A DNA stretch of 64,000 nucleotides from Gordius albopunctatus (lineage: Eukaryota), in the NCBI GenBank assembly GCA_964276515.1, contig OZ193909.1, forward strand, positions 13,516,001 to 13,580,000, read 5' to 3'. A program made the position numbers and the translations under genes. Position 1 is the first letter of the stretch, and the number at the start of each line of letters is the position of its first letter. The notes beneath the pieces are model-generated. The model saw nothing but the letters and a program-made list of their open reading frames with translations. It searched no databases and was not told the origin of the DNA. Shown here piece after piece: positions 38,567-50,500 of the stretch.

Positions 38567-39026
38567 AAGCGGGGAGAGATGTAACAATTGCGTTATGTAA
38601 CTAAAAATGTAATTTTGTTGTTATGAAATTTGCTGTAGTCGAATCGCACATATGGAAATTTGAATTAATATAATTATCGTTTTTATATAATTGCTATGAT
38701 AATTTATTTCTTTATTTTAATTGAAAGCTTTCTAGATTCAAAATTCCGTTTTTCTGTATCTTTAATATGTTTATACCCACGTCCCTCCCGCATATCATTT
38801 TAGTGTCTGTTTAATTAAATAAAGATAATAATTTCACTACCATTTTATGGTTATCAGAATATTATAGTTTTATGTTATTAAAGGTTATTTTGATTTAAGA
38901 GCAATGGAAAATTTGAAAATATAAATTATCTTCTTAACTCGGCTTTTAATTGCAATTTTAAGGTGAATAATTATTGTAGAAAATACTCTAAAATTGATGG
39001 AAACCCTATGGCAGTTAACTGTAACA
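38567..39026 (+). repeat. Polypurine tract and probable 3' LTR of the Gypsy element
   Basis: AAGCGGGGAGAGA immediately followed by TGTAAC at 38580, just after the integrase stop; the right boundary (TGTAACA at 39026) is tentative. Confidence 0.5.
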
Positions 39027-39877
39027 AGTTTGCGACTAATAATAATAATTATTGTTAAACTTTATGTCAATACAAGACGCTAACTATAAAAAAGTCACTA
39101 CTTAATGCTCTAGGTATCCATTTTTATTTATCATAGTTGACAAGAAAAATAAAAATGACTTAGAAACAATATTTATGAGAAGTATGTTTAATATTACCGA
39201 CTAATTGTAATATAGTTCCAGAGTATAATAATTAATTTTTAACTTTAACCCACTTGAATCAGCCTTCATGATTCCAAACTAAACCTGATTTTACCATTGT
39301 ATAAACTTAAACCCAAACTTACCTTTTCAAATTTACGAAAACAGTGACTTTTTTTCAAAAATATGAAAAAATGAATAGAAAAGTCGTGCAACGTCGATTT
39401 TTTACACTTTCAAACCGATCAAAATCTCTTGTTTTAGTCTTAAGCTTAAACCCCATAACCCATATAGAATTCTGCATTGTAGGATTGAGTCCAAAGTCAA
39501 AAGGAAACGAACATTTATATTTTATTAATTTTCCTAAAGTGGTAACATGAATCAGATTGCGACATATCAAAAGGTACGACAAATTAAATAGTATGCCCTA
39601 ATTGCATTAGATCAAACAATGCTTAATTCAACCAAAATTATCAAAGATTGTTATATTCGATATGATTGGAGTTGGAGCCTTATTTAAGTTAAAAACTGCT
39701 GAATTAAGCCAGATTTCTTTAATTTCAAATAATTATAATTGATTTAAGGAGAATTTATCAAAATTTACTTTTCTAATTGATCCAGTCCGCCCAGCTACCA
39801 AAAATCATTACTAGACTCGACAGAAGACAATATTAAAAAAAAATTAATCAAGTTTCCTTCAGCATTGATACCCGATT

Positions 39878-40620
39878 ATTCATTGCTATGAAATTTCTGG
39901 GCTCGTTTTTGGTTGTCCGTCGGTCTTGTCCGTCCGTCCTGTACAACTTTTAATTTTTCAATAACTGCTGTTAAAACTTACACGAGTTTTTAATTCCTAT
40001 GAACTTATGCTTCTGTCAAGACATTTATTTTGCTCTCACAAATAGACTAGCTATTGACCGCTGTTTGGCTTTGATTTTTCGACCTCGCCCAGGCCCAAAT
40101 TCCATTATTGTTTTTGTGCCCGACTAATTATAACCTTTATTTATTTTACTTAGGCAACTTATCTAAGTTCATGCCTTATATAGGATAATTGCGGATCTGG
40201 TTAAATAATTCCCTACAAATTAATGCTTACCTTTGCTTACATTTAATTTGCCTGACAACGGCCCGAGGCCAAAATTTTGGTTAATTCCTATTAAATTTTG
40301 CTGCTCATTTTATAAATTTATTTTGGCAATTAATCTAAATTGTTGCTTTATATCGGATAATTGCTAAACTGGCTAAATAATTCTCTGCAAATTAATGCTG
40401 ACCGTTGCTTACATCTATTTTGTCAGACTTCGGCCCAAGGCCAAAAATCTGGTTAATTACTATTTATTCTTGCTTATTTTCGTTTATAAATCCCTTCTAA
40501 AACTGTCTAGGCTGTTGCTTTAAACGGATAATTGCGAAAATAGCTAAATATTTCCCATTAAATTAATAAGGAACGTTGCTTACTTATATTTAATCTGACT
40601 CCGTCCAAAGGCCAAATATG
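39878..40620 (+). mobile_element. HINE/DINE-1-like element (5' part) with ~172-bp tandem repeat x3
   Basis: ATTGCTATGAAATTTCTGGGCTCG 5' end resembling 25265-25288 inverted; GTCC microsatellite; GGATAATTGC units at 40183, 40355 and 40526; the 40030-40130 block is inverted-homologous to 45780-45885. Confidence 0.65.
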
Positions 40621-40621
40621 A

Positions 40622-41260
40622 CATGCGTTATCCAGTTTATTAAACAAATGATCTATTTTTGGTAAAGGATACATCAAATCTCGTGCGTATTTATTTACGG
40701 TAAATCGATAATCAATGCATAACCGTAGACTTCTATCATTCTTTTACAGGTAACACCGGACTGGCCCATCTTGAAAAATCGATTGGTTTTATTACACCGT
40801 CTCTTACCCATTTATTCAGTTGTTCCACTTCTTTCTTCCAAGCCATAGGCACACTTCTTGCGGAGATACGGAATCTATGTCCTCTTTAAACTGCACTTCC
40901 ACCCTTATTTCCTTGCTGTTTTTGTGAATTCGTTCTGCTGACCCTCCCATTGCTTCATAACGCGATGGATTGCGGACTTGGTATCCTTCGGTCATCAGCT
41001 GCTATCAAGTTCCATCGTATTCTTTGCCAAATTACGAGCTCTTTTGGATACAATCTATCCCGAAAAACGGCGATCCTGTTACGTCTGCTAACAATAATGG
41101 CAGATGTTTCCTTGTGTAACCCATTCGAACTTCGGCTTGAGCCCTGGTTATGATCTTTCTCTCTTCGTGGCCGTATACGTACACTGTCGGAACGGGCTCT
41201 TTGTTGAGTGAGATCTCTTGTCCACCTTCACGCCGGTATCAAAGATAAATTGAAACAACT
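40622..41260 (-). mobile_element. Ty3/Gypsy protease-reverse transcriptase N-terminal fragment, degenerate
   Basis: Minus-strand translation across frameshifts gives IFDTG (protease-like), then VPMAWKKEVEQLNKWVRDGVIKPIDFSRWASPVLPVK and LRLCIDYRFTVNK...YPLPKIDHLFNKL. Confidence 0.85.
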
Positions 41261-41507
41261 CATTATTAATATAAACATTTACGGTTAACACATCTAAAGC
41301 ATGGTTTAACCTGGGAATCAGAACCGGCCCAGGCCACGCGTTTTAATATAATTTGATTTTTATTTTTTGTTAATAAAATAATATTGTTAGCCTTAATTTA
41401 TTCCCTTGTTATTAATTAGGACGTGAGAAACAACAAAGCCTTCGAAAATTTATAATTTTTGCTCTTTTGCCGTCGACATAAACTTACAGCGGTATTTTTA
41501 AAATTGC

Positions 41508-44500
41508 ATGGACGAAGAAAACAATTCATCATTAGGCTTACTGAATTCAGATACAATTTCTGGTAATAATACGATATTTTATATTAAAATTTTATTTAGA
41601 AATGTCAGACTATGAGACCGACCGTTATAACCAAGAACCTAGTGAATCAGCTTTAAATTGGATCCAGGGTCATGACATTAAAAACATGTCTTCTAACAAA
41701 TCTCTCATAATTGGAAAGAACAAAAATGACCGGGATTTCACTAATACTAGCTTACAAAATATGTCAACCAATGTGAACCAAACATTTTCTCAATACAACT
41801 CATCAGATGATGAAGCAGAGTCAGTTAATGAAATTAAATTAAATGAGTCTGATTTGGAAGAGCTTAATGTAAATTTTAATGCCTCCGATGCACTTAATTC
41901 TGAAGAAAGCACTCTGACATCTAATTCACAAAGTATTGGTAAATTTTATTAATCATCTTTTATTTGAACTTTATTAACCAAATATACCCATGCTATGATC
42001 ATGTATTTTTTTGACCACTTATTTAAGATAATTTATATTATTTAGAATCAAGTTCATCTCCAAATTCTAAGCTTTTTTATCAAGATCTACATGAAGAATT
42101 TAGCAATGACAAGAAATTATTTGATCAAAATGACATGTTTGTGGAAGGTATATTGTCATAAAATACTAAAATTTATCCTTTTGCAGCAAGAAACATCCTG
42201 AAAGATGATTCTGATGATTTTAAATACCCTTTTGGGGTAAATTTATCTTTATGCATAAAATTGATGTTTTAATTAAAATTAGGCCAATCATGCCAACATT
42301 GATGAAGCAATATTTGAAAATAGCAAATCAAACTATCATTTTGCAGAAAATGACAATAGACTTCTTAATTCACATTGTACAGATAATGGTGATTGGAAAG
42401 TTGATAAGATATCTAATAACAATCTTTCAAATATTTTACCATCTCATTCAACTATTAATATGTCAAGTTATATGAGACAGGCTTCCGAACCATTGGGTAG
42501 TTATGGGCATAATGCCCCTACAATTGAAAGGGTATTAATTGAGCAAATATTCAATGTATTGATTAGTAATTTTGATATTAAACTTTTTGTAATGTAATAT
42601 TTTCATTTTTTAGAAGTCATAAAACATATATTACATGCCATTTTAAACAAATACCTAAGCATTGTAAAAATATTGTGCTTTTGAACTGTACCCATGCATT
42701 AAATAGGCTTATAATTAACTTGCAAAATTGAGATAACTCAAATGGCTTTAGAGGTATAAATTACGATTAGCTTGCTTAATTGTTCTTAATAACTCATTTT
42801 TGCTTTAAGGCCTATCATATAATAAGCTTTGCAGTTTTTAGTCATATTGTAATATATATGCTTTCTAAAGAATTTACGCTGTAGCCCGCAACTTAATTTG
42901 AGCTATAACTATGGCCTTCCTTAAAAAAGTGGTATACACCTTAAAAAACTATATTATTACAATACGACACAACAAAACTCTTTTGAATGAAGGCACAATA
43001 ATTTTTTGTTGACCTTCCCAACCTACATTAGCCCCATTTTGGAATAAGTTCTCACATAAAGACACCCGCAGCTTCTGACAACCCGTACGCCCTTTACGAT
43101 TCTGGCGATAGCAGTATCTTTCATCAATCTCCCCCCTACCAAGGGCCCAATAAAATATTGGAAACACCTCCCAAAGCCTCCCTAAATTTCAATGCGAACT
43201 TACAGTCACAAGCTCAAGGCAGAGTCAAATTTTGTGAACCAGCCATCGTTTCCCCCTGCCTATCATCCAAATATTTTAGTATGTTTTTGAATTGTTCAAA
43301 GATTTATATATATAAAATTCTCGTGAAACGGTGTGGGTTATTCAACTCCTCCGAAACGGCTGGACCGATTTAGATGGAAATTTCTGCGAATATTGGGTAG
43401 GTCTGAGTCTAGGTTTATAACTATATTCCAAATCTCTAAGTCATAAGACGGTCAAGTTATTTAGTTTTATACGTCTTGACGTTTAATAAAATGTAACTCA
43501 AACGCAACCTCATGACGTACTGCGTATCTATCTTGTTCTTTGAAAATTTGAATATACAGTAGTTCTTTAGTAAAAGTGTATCCTTTATTGTATTTTTAAA
43601 AACGCCATGCGTGTAGGTAGTGTAGTGTGATAAATGTAGGCATGTGCTGCGGAATATGGAAACATTTTACGATTTTAAATATTAAATTAAAGTCATTTTT
43701 TTGCTTATTTTTCACGTCAATTATTATTATACCACGGTCGTGTCCCCTCCTGCGTGAATAAATAGATTAAAAATCTCATTTTGTCATTTTTTGCGCGATA
43801 AATAAGGAGAAAAATGAAAATACTTTCAACAAAGTGCCAATAAATGTTGATATATCTCAGTTCTTCGGACCTCTAAGAAGGGCTCCGCCCCTAACTCCTA
43901 ACAAGGTTATTGTCCTCGGTTATTTGGTGTTAGGTAGCGCCCCCGGGCCCCGTGTTGTTTTTTGAAAACCTTTAACCTAAACTCTTCTACACTTCGTTGA
44001 AAAACATTTCATTTGATGTGAAATTTAAGCAGGGGAGAAAAACGGACTTTAATTTTTGAGGGCTTGACTACGTCCATGCTTATACCGATTGCTTTAAGTT
44101 TTTATGAATTATCTGAGTACTCTGATAGCTTATTGACCAAAGTAAGGTTTGTGGGCAATGCTTTTTTACGACCCCTCATAATATCTGAGTTTTTAATGCT
44201 GTATATCTAGGCATATTTTAAACAAAAAGGAGGATTTGCTTAGGAAGTTAGGGGATATTTGCATGTTTCAGAAATAACCGAGAATAATGTTTTTGATCCG
44301 GAATCGATTTGGGCGCAAAAATAAAAATGGCTTTTCGCCTCGGGCCGGAATATTTATGCAAATTAACGTAAGGCAGTGGTCATTTTATGGAGTATTTTAA
44401 ACCTGGACTGTGGATTATTAAAATAATTAAATAAAGATAGTCTACATGTGAACAACAAAGTGAGTTTAAAAAACCTTATTTTTTGTCATTATCGGCATTA

Positions 44501-47500
44501 AACATCAGGGAAGGAAAGCTTATAAAAGCCACAGAGATGAGAATTCTACGGTGGAGCTTGGCGTAAACTAAGCTCGACCATATGATGAATGACTCTATCA
44601 TGACAAAAATGAATATTCAACCTGTGGCGGACATGATTAACGAAAATCGGTTAAGATGGTATGAAGATATACTAAGGGGGACCCGAATGACCTAAATCGA
44701 AAAGTAGTGGACATGGAGGTGCCGGAGAAGAGAGGAAGAGGACGACCCTGTGTCACATGGAACGGGGAAGGCGATAAAGTTATGAAAACTAAAGAGTAGT
44801 CAAGACATGGCACTCACCCGGTCAAGATGCAAGAAACTTATCAAAACAAACCCCACGACCGTGGGACCAAATAACTGATAAAGAAGAAGATTCAAACAAA
44901 GGGCTTCACCCCTGTACCCCGGCTGGGGCTGCCCCTCTAAACCTTACTCAAGGGGCTCCGCTCCGCCCCTTAAACCCCTGTCTACTTGCTGTCTTTGTGT
45001 GGCCTTATTAGGCTCTTCTAAATTCATATGGGAGCATTCATTTGCTATGCAATTTAAGCAATAGTAAAAATTAACGGAAGGCAAATTGAGGGTAGAGGGT
45101 CGGGATACGTCCATAATGGTACCTGTTCTTAAACTACACAATATATCAGCAAAACATGATAACAATGAGACCTTATTGCAATAAAGCTCAGTTGGCGGCA
45201 AATGATATACCTAAAGTTTCTAAGCTGATGTAAGCAGAATTGTAGTTTGCCCAAATAAGTGAAAAGCTGGACGCGCTAAAACATGTTCAGGCGCAAAAAT
45301 GAAACAGATTTTCAGGGCGGGTTGGGGTTTTGATTGAACTCCGAAAACGGCCATTTGCCAGAATCGTGATTTTGTGGGAGGGCCAAAAAAGTTTTTAGCA
45401 CCTTTTATAAAAAAACAAACAATTTACAAATTAAATAATTCTTTAGGCAGGTATTAATTTATTTGACAGTATATTTATATATGCAAAATGTGTAAAGCAA
45501 AGCAATAAAAAATTTGATGTTAAGTAATTTGCTTTATTTGTTTATATTTTGTATTTAGCGTGAATTATTTCCCATAGGACAATTATATACTAATCGCACA
45601 TTATATGATCGAGGCATAACGATGAGCATGCATATCACTTATAGTATTTTCTAGAAATAATGTATGTAGCAAAACAACGTTTGCCGGGTCAGCTAGTATA
45701 TATATATTTTAGCCAGTTTAGCAAGTATCCAATATATAGCAAAAACCTAGACAAATTGCGAAAAGATATTATGTATAAAGCTAATCAGTCGGGCCCATAA
45801 ACAATAATGGAATTTGGGCTCGGACGAGGTGTAAAAATAAAGGCAACCAGCGGTCATAAGCTAGTCTATTTGCGAAAGCAAAATGCATAAGTCCACAACC
45901 ATCAAATCCCATAAGTTTCCAGGGCAATTATGCAAAAATTACAAGTTGGACACGTCGACAAGACACGACAACCAAAAGCGAGCCCATAAATTGCATGGCA
46001 ATTAACATATTTAAAGGGTACATTCGGACTTGCCCTTAGTTCTGCGGTGCTGTTGTTGTTACAAAACTCGCCCATACTCCATTTGGTCTGTTTAAGTTTA
46101 CTCGGCTAAAACCAAAGGTCGACACAGCGGTGGGTTTTTACATCACCGCTTCATATAGTAGCACATTTGCTGTGCTATTTGAAGGATGAGGGGGGAGGGG
46201 GAGCAAAAATGTCGTTCACAGGAGCATACGTTTTCACAGCAATTTAAAAATTTAAAGGGGGACTGGACGGACGGGACAACCACAAGCAAACCCACAAATT
46301 GCATATCAATTAAAAGAATTTAAGGGGCCTAGTTGTATGCGTTAATCTTTGAAACGAGTTCGGGGCACTTTTTTTGATAGGATGATTTAATCTGTATCAC
46401 ATATTAATGATGTAAAAATACTTGGGATTTGTTTAATCGACATTTCGTTCCACTAAGATAGAGAGGATCGACTTTACAAAAACAAACCAAAATCTTCTGG
46501 TCAGTTTTTCGAATTTCGACTGAACCTTGAGCTCTACTAAGAAAAACAGAGCCAACGTTTTTGTTTAGCGGACTAACACCGGTCGATCGAACAAAACCCA
46601 TGTCTTTTTATAACACAATTGAACAAGGCTATCAGCCGTGGATAGCTGGGCGTCACCCCTCATCAAATCTCTAAGGGCCTGTCTTAATATCAGATTCAAA
46701 TTTAAATCGCGCAAACTTATCTTTGTCTAATCATTAGATTCAATTTCATGGGTCAAACTCGATAGTTACCATTATTTTTTGGTAGTTAAAAAGTTTTTTT
46801 TGTTTATTTCAACACTTTTGATTAAATCCAAAGTTTGCTGATGCCTAAAAACATGAAAATAACACAGCATTTAAGCCCAAGAAAAAATTTACATCTTACA
46901 AATCGCTGTCATGTTATGCGTCTGAAATGTAAATCTGCTATGAATTCGAAGTTAAGACACGGCTATGTGAAAACCGAGATTAAGACACGTCCTAAAAGAA
47001 GACCACCGAATGTGAAAACAGCTATTAGGCGTTTTTTTCATGTATAGAAATTTAACAATAACTGTTTATTAAATAGAAGAGGTCCTTTTTAATTTTGTGA
47101 TATTTGAATCAGGATTGTCCCACTTTTTATCCTTTTAACAAAATTTCCTAGTTTTGACTTTTTACATTCATTGCATAGCCATGGTTAATTTTTTCAAATA
47201 TTTGGAGTGCTCTAGTCTTTTTAATGATTAAAAAATAAACTTCAAACAACATTTTTATTCAACAAAAATGCTTTAATCGTGCGATTGTGAGAGCAAGGCA
47301 GGATTTCTGCACACGCTTTTAATCTATTTCAAAGGAATTTTATAGTCAAAAATTGAAAGAACAAAAATATTTTTTAGAAGCGAAAGGCCAATCCGATTCA
47401 TTGCTGGATTTCACGATGGGAGAAGGCTTTAGGGAGGATTTTAACTTGAGAGCGGGAAAAATGTCAACCCCCTTAATAGCTCCCTACACCGAAAAGAACC

Positions 47501-50500
47501 CCAGAAATTACGAGATATCACCTTCGGAGTCGAGGCAACCAGCGCGGGACGATGAGTTAGATCATATATACCACACGATTAAAAAGATTGAAAGGAGGAG
47601 TGGGAGGGATGGGAATTATAGGCAAACCATTGCCGCCACCCCGACCCTTTCCCATTCAAGTGATAATGCTTTAGACAATTCTTGTAAAAACGGCTGCGTT
47701 GCTTTTGGTCGACCTTTGGTTTTGGTAGGCTAAACATAAACGAACCAAAAGGCTTTTTGCTGTCTGTTTTTCTCATTCGAGCTCTAGGCTTAGTCGAAAT
47801 TTGAAAAGCGGACCGGGCTCTGCCCTTAGTCTCGGTAAAACCAAAGGCCGACCAATCAAAATACAGCCTTTGTTACAACACTACTTTCAACAAATTAGGC
47901 TTTTCGTTTGAAATTGAGGCGGTTTTAATAAATAATAAGGTTTGCGATGCAATTTCGACAAACATATATAAAGCAGTTGGGTATTTTATCTAAAATTATT
48001 TAGTATTTAAACTTAAATAAACTGGCTTGTTTAAGCTTTTAGCTCGAATAAAGTAGCTTTGTTGTGTATATAACCGAGTTTCTACATTTGAATCTAAGTA
48101 TGTGTGTAACTCAAACTTTTTATGGTATTTTTAGCAAATTTTAATATGCGTGTTTATGTGAAAATAGTTAATTCAAATTTATTGTGGCTCTTTAAAAAAT
48201 TTAATTGATGGTAATAATAGTTTTAAAATAGCTTATAATAATCAAATTAAAACTGATTTTAAATGATTTACATTATATAATTATAACTAACTATTATTTA
48301 TATTAATTTTAGGAAAAGAGGCATCCAAACCACATCCTCAAGTATATTTCAAAATCACCACCTTGCCAATATACTATATTTCAATATAGATTATTTATTT
48401 AATACCATATTTAAAAAAACATTTCATTGAATTTCGAAATTAAGAATGCCAAAGCAAGGTCGGATCATAGAAAGTGTGCACCCTCATCAATTGCCAAATC
48501 CAGTGAAAAGTTATTCGAAAATTTAAACGTAAACGGGGATGCCAAAGGGTTGACCAGCAGTTTCAATGGAGCGACCAACGTGGGTAAAAATTCCGAGATG
48601 GTTTTTTAGTGTTTTTTTAAGACTGTTAAGGACTAAAAGGTTATCATTTTATTTGACTGTACAAATTGATGAATATATCAATGTATGCGTTAATTGATAT
48701 GAGCGCCGTATTATAATAATTAATTACTGTTTAAGTAAATATAAATTATAAAATAGGGCACAAGATCGAATGAAATGAATGATGAATTTAACTATTATGT
48801 TTAATTCGTTTTTACAGGACTCTATCGATCTCTCATAATTTCATCTGTTTTAAAACCCCTCCCCAGATCTTTTTTAAATGTTTTTTAATATAAATAATTC
48901 AATTTTTAACTCTTTTCCTCGTTAGAATTTTAATAGAGGTAGAGTACTAAAGCATGATTCTCAACATTTATAGACCTTTATTATTATCCCTCCACAAGTT
49001 GTCAAGTTGCTAATATTGAAAAAGTTCACTAATGAAACTTTTCATTTACTTTTTTAATATGTTAGCTTCATGGTTGGATTTGCCGGAAACTTTGTTTTTC
49101 AGAGATTCGTGTTGCGTGCACGGTCAAATCCTAGCAGATTTTCCGCTTCGCAATAGGAGCGAGTCAGAAATCACGATTTCAGAACTGACTTGCTACGACA
49201 CCCATCCCACGGAAGATTGTTATAAATCATTCAGTCTCCACAATTGCCCAAACCCTAATACCCTCAAGATAGCTCCGCAGTCTAGTATCGATATCGAAGT
49301 GATTTTGAACTTATATATTGATTTATTTGCTTAAATTTTAAGCGTCTATTTAAAAATTTTTTTGTTTCTTACCACAAAAAATTGATCGTTATTTTGGGAA
49401 ATTTTTAAAGACGATCATTTAGGTTTAAGTTGAATTTAGATTTAATTGATCTTTTATTGATGCTAAAGCGGAATATATGCAAGAGGGTGTGTTATTAAAA
49501 ATTTGAGGATGAGGGAGTGTTATTAAAATATTTAAAAAAATATAAATGAATTGCATAAAAATTTATATATTTTTTAAGAAGATTTAATGCTTAAGGTTGA
49601 TATTGGATATGTGTTACGATTGCTCCGTTGTTTTAGTTACTGAAAGGTTTGAAAAAGGCAGAATTCACGGTAATTAAAACAACGACAATTTTTTCTCAGA
49701 TATTTTCACATTTTTTGCCAGTGTTTACTATGAACTTATAACGATGTTGTTACCAAGAGCATTTCTGGGTTTCGTTTTAAAATATTTTCCATTATAGGAT
49801 TAGTTGTTGCGTTTGATGAACTTGTGATATTTATGCTAGCTATATGTGGTTTGTTATTTTGCGCGTTAGATTTTATTTCGACCCAAGAGAGCGGGTATGC
49901 TCGAAGGAGTCTTGAATATCAAAATGACCCAATCCATTAATGGCAATAGTGGGGACGCCTTATCAGAGCTTCCAGTTCGGGAGCACAGTGTCTGCCTTAA
50001 AGCCATGGCTGAATACGCTGTTTTAGAGGTAGGTTTTTTTAATTTTATTTTTAAAAGGTTTTTTTGATTATTTTTGATAAGAATAACTAATTTAATCTGC
50101 GCTTTCACAGGAATTCGACAATTTGTGTAATATTTTTGTTAAACTAATGATTAGGCGAGTTGCATACTCGTTTTTGGTAAAATTAAATTTTTAATGCAAT
50201 TTATATGTAAAACACCAATAGAGGTTTATTTCCAACTAATTGTGTATGATACACGCTAAAATATATATTAGATTAATGAGCTGGCATCCAGCCATGGATT
50301 GAAATTGTATTGGATTTTCCAATTTCCATGAAAAAAATTTATATGTAATTATAAAGACAAGTGGAAAAAAGACTAATTACCAGTCTAGGTGTTAAGCAGT
50401 CATAAAAAAGAAGACGCAGTTTTTAAAAAATATGGAAAAAAACATATGTTCCTTCATAACATTTATTGCATCTTTTTAAATATTATTTAAAATTTAATTC

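Noticed and set aside
39560..39870. Possible LINE remnant (LNKAP-like motif) on the minus strand
   Set aside because: Single weak motif with many stops.
37110..41260. A single complete Gypsy element joining the integrase and protease/RT fragments
   Set aside because: The fragments are on opposite strands, the RT core is missing and no paired LTRs are visible.
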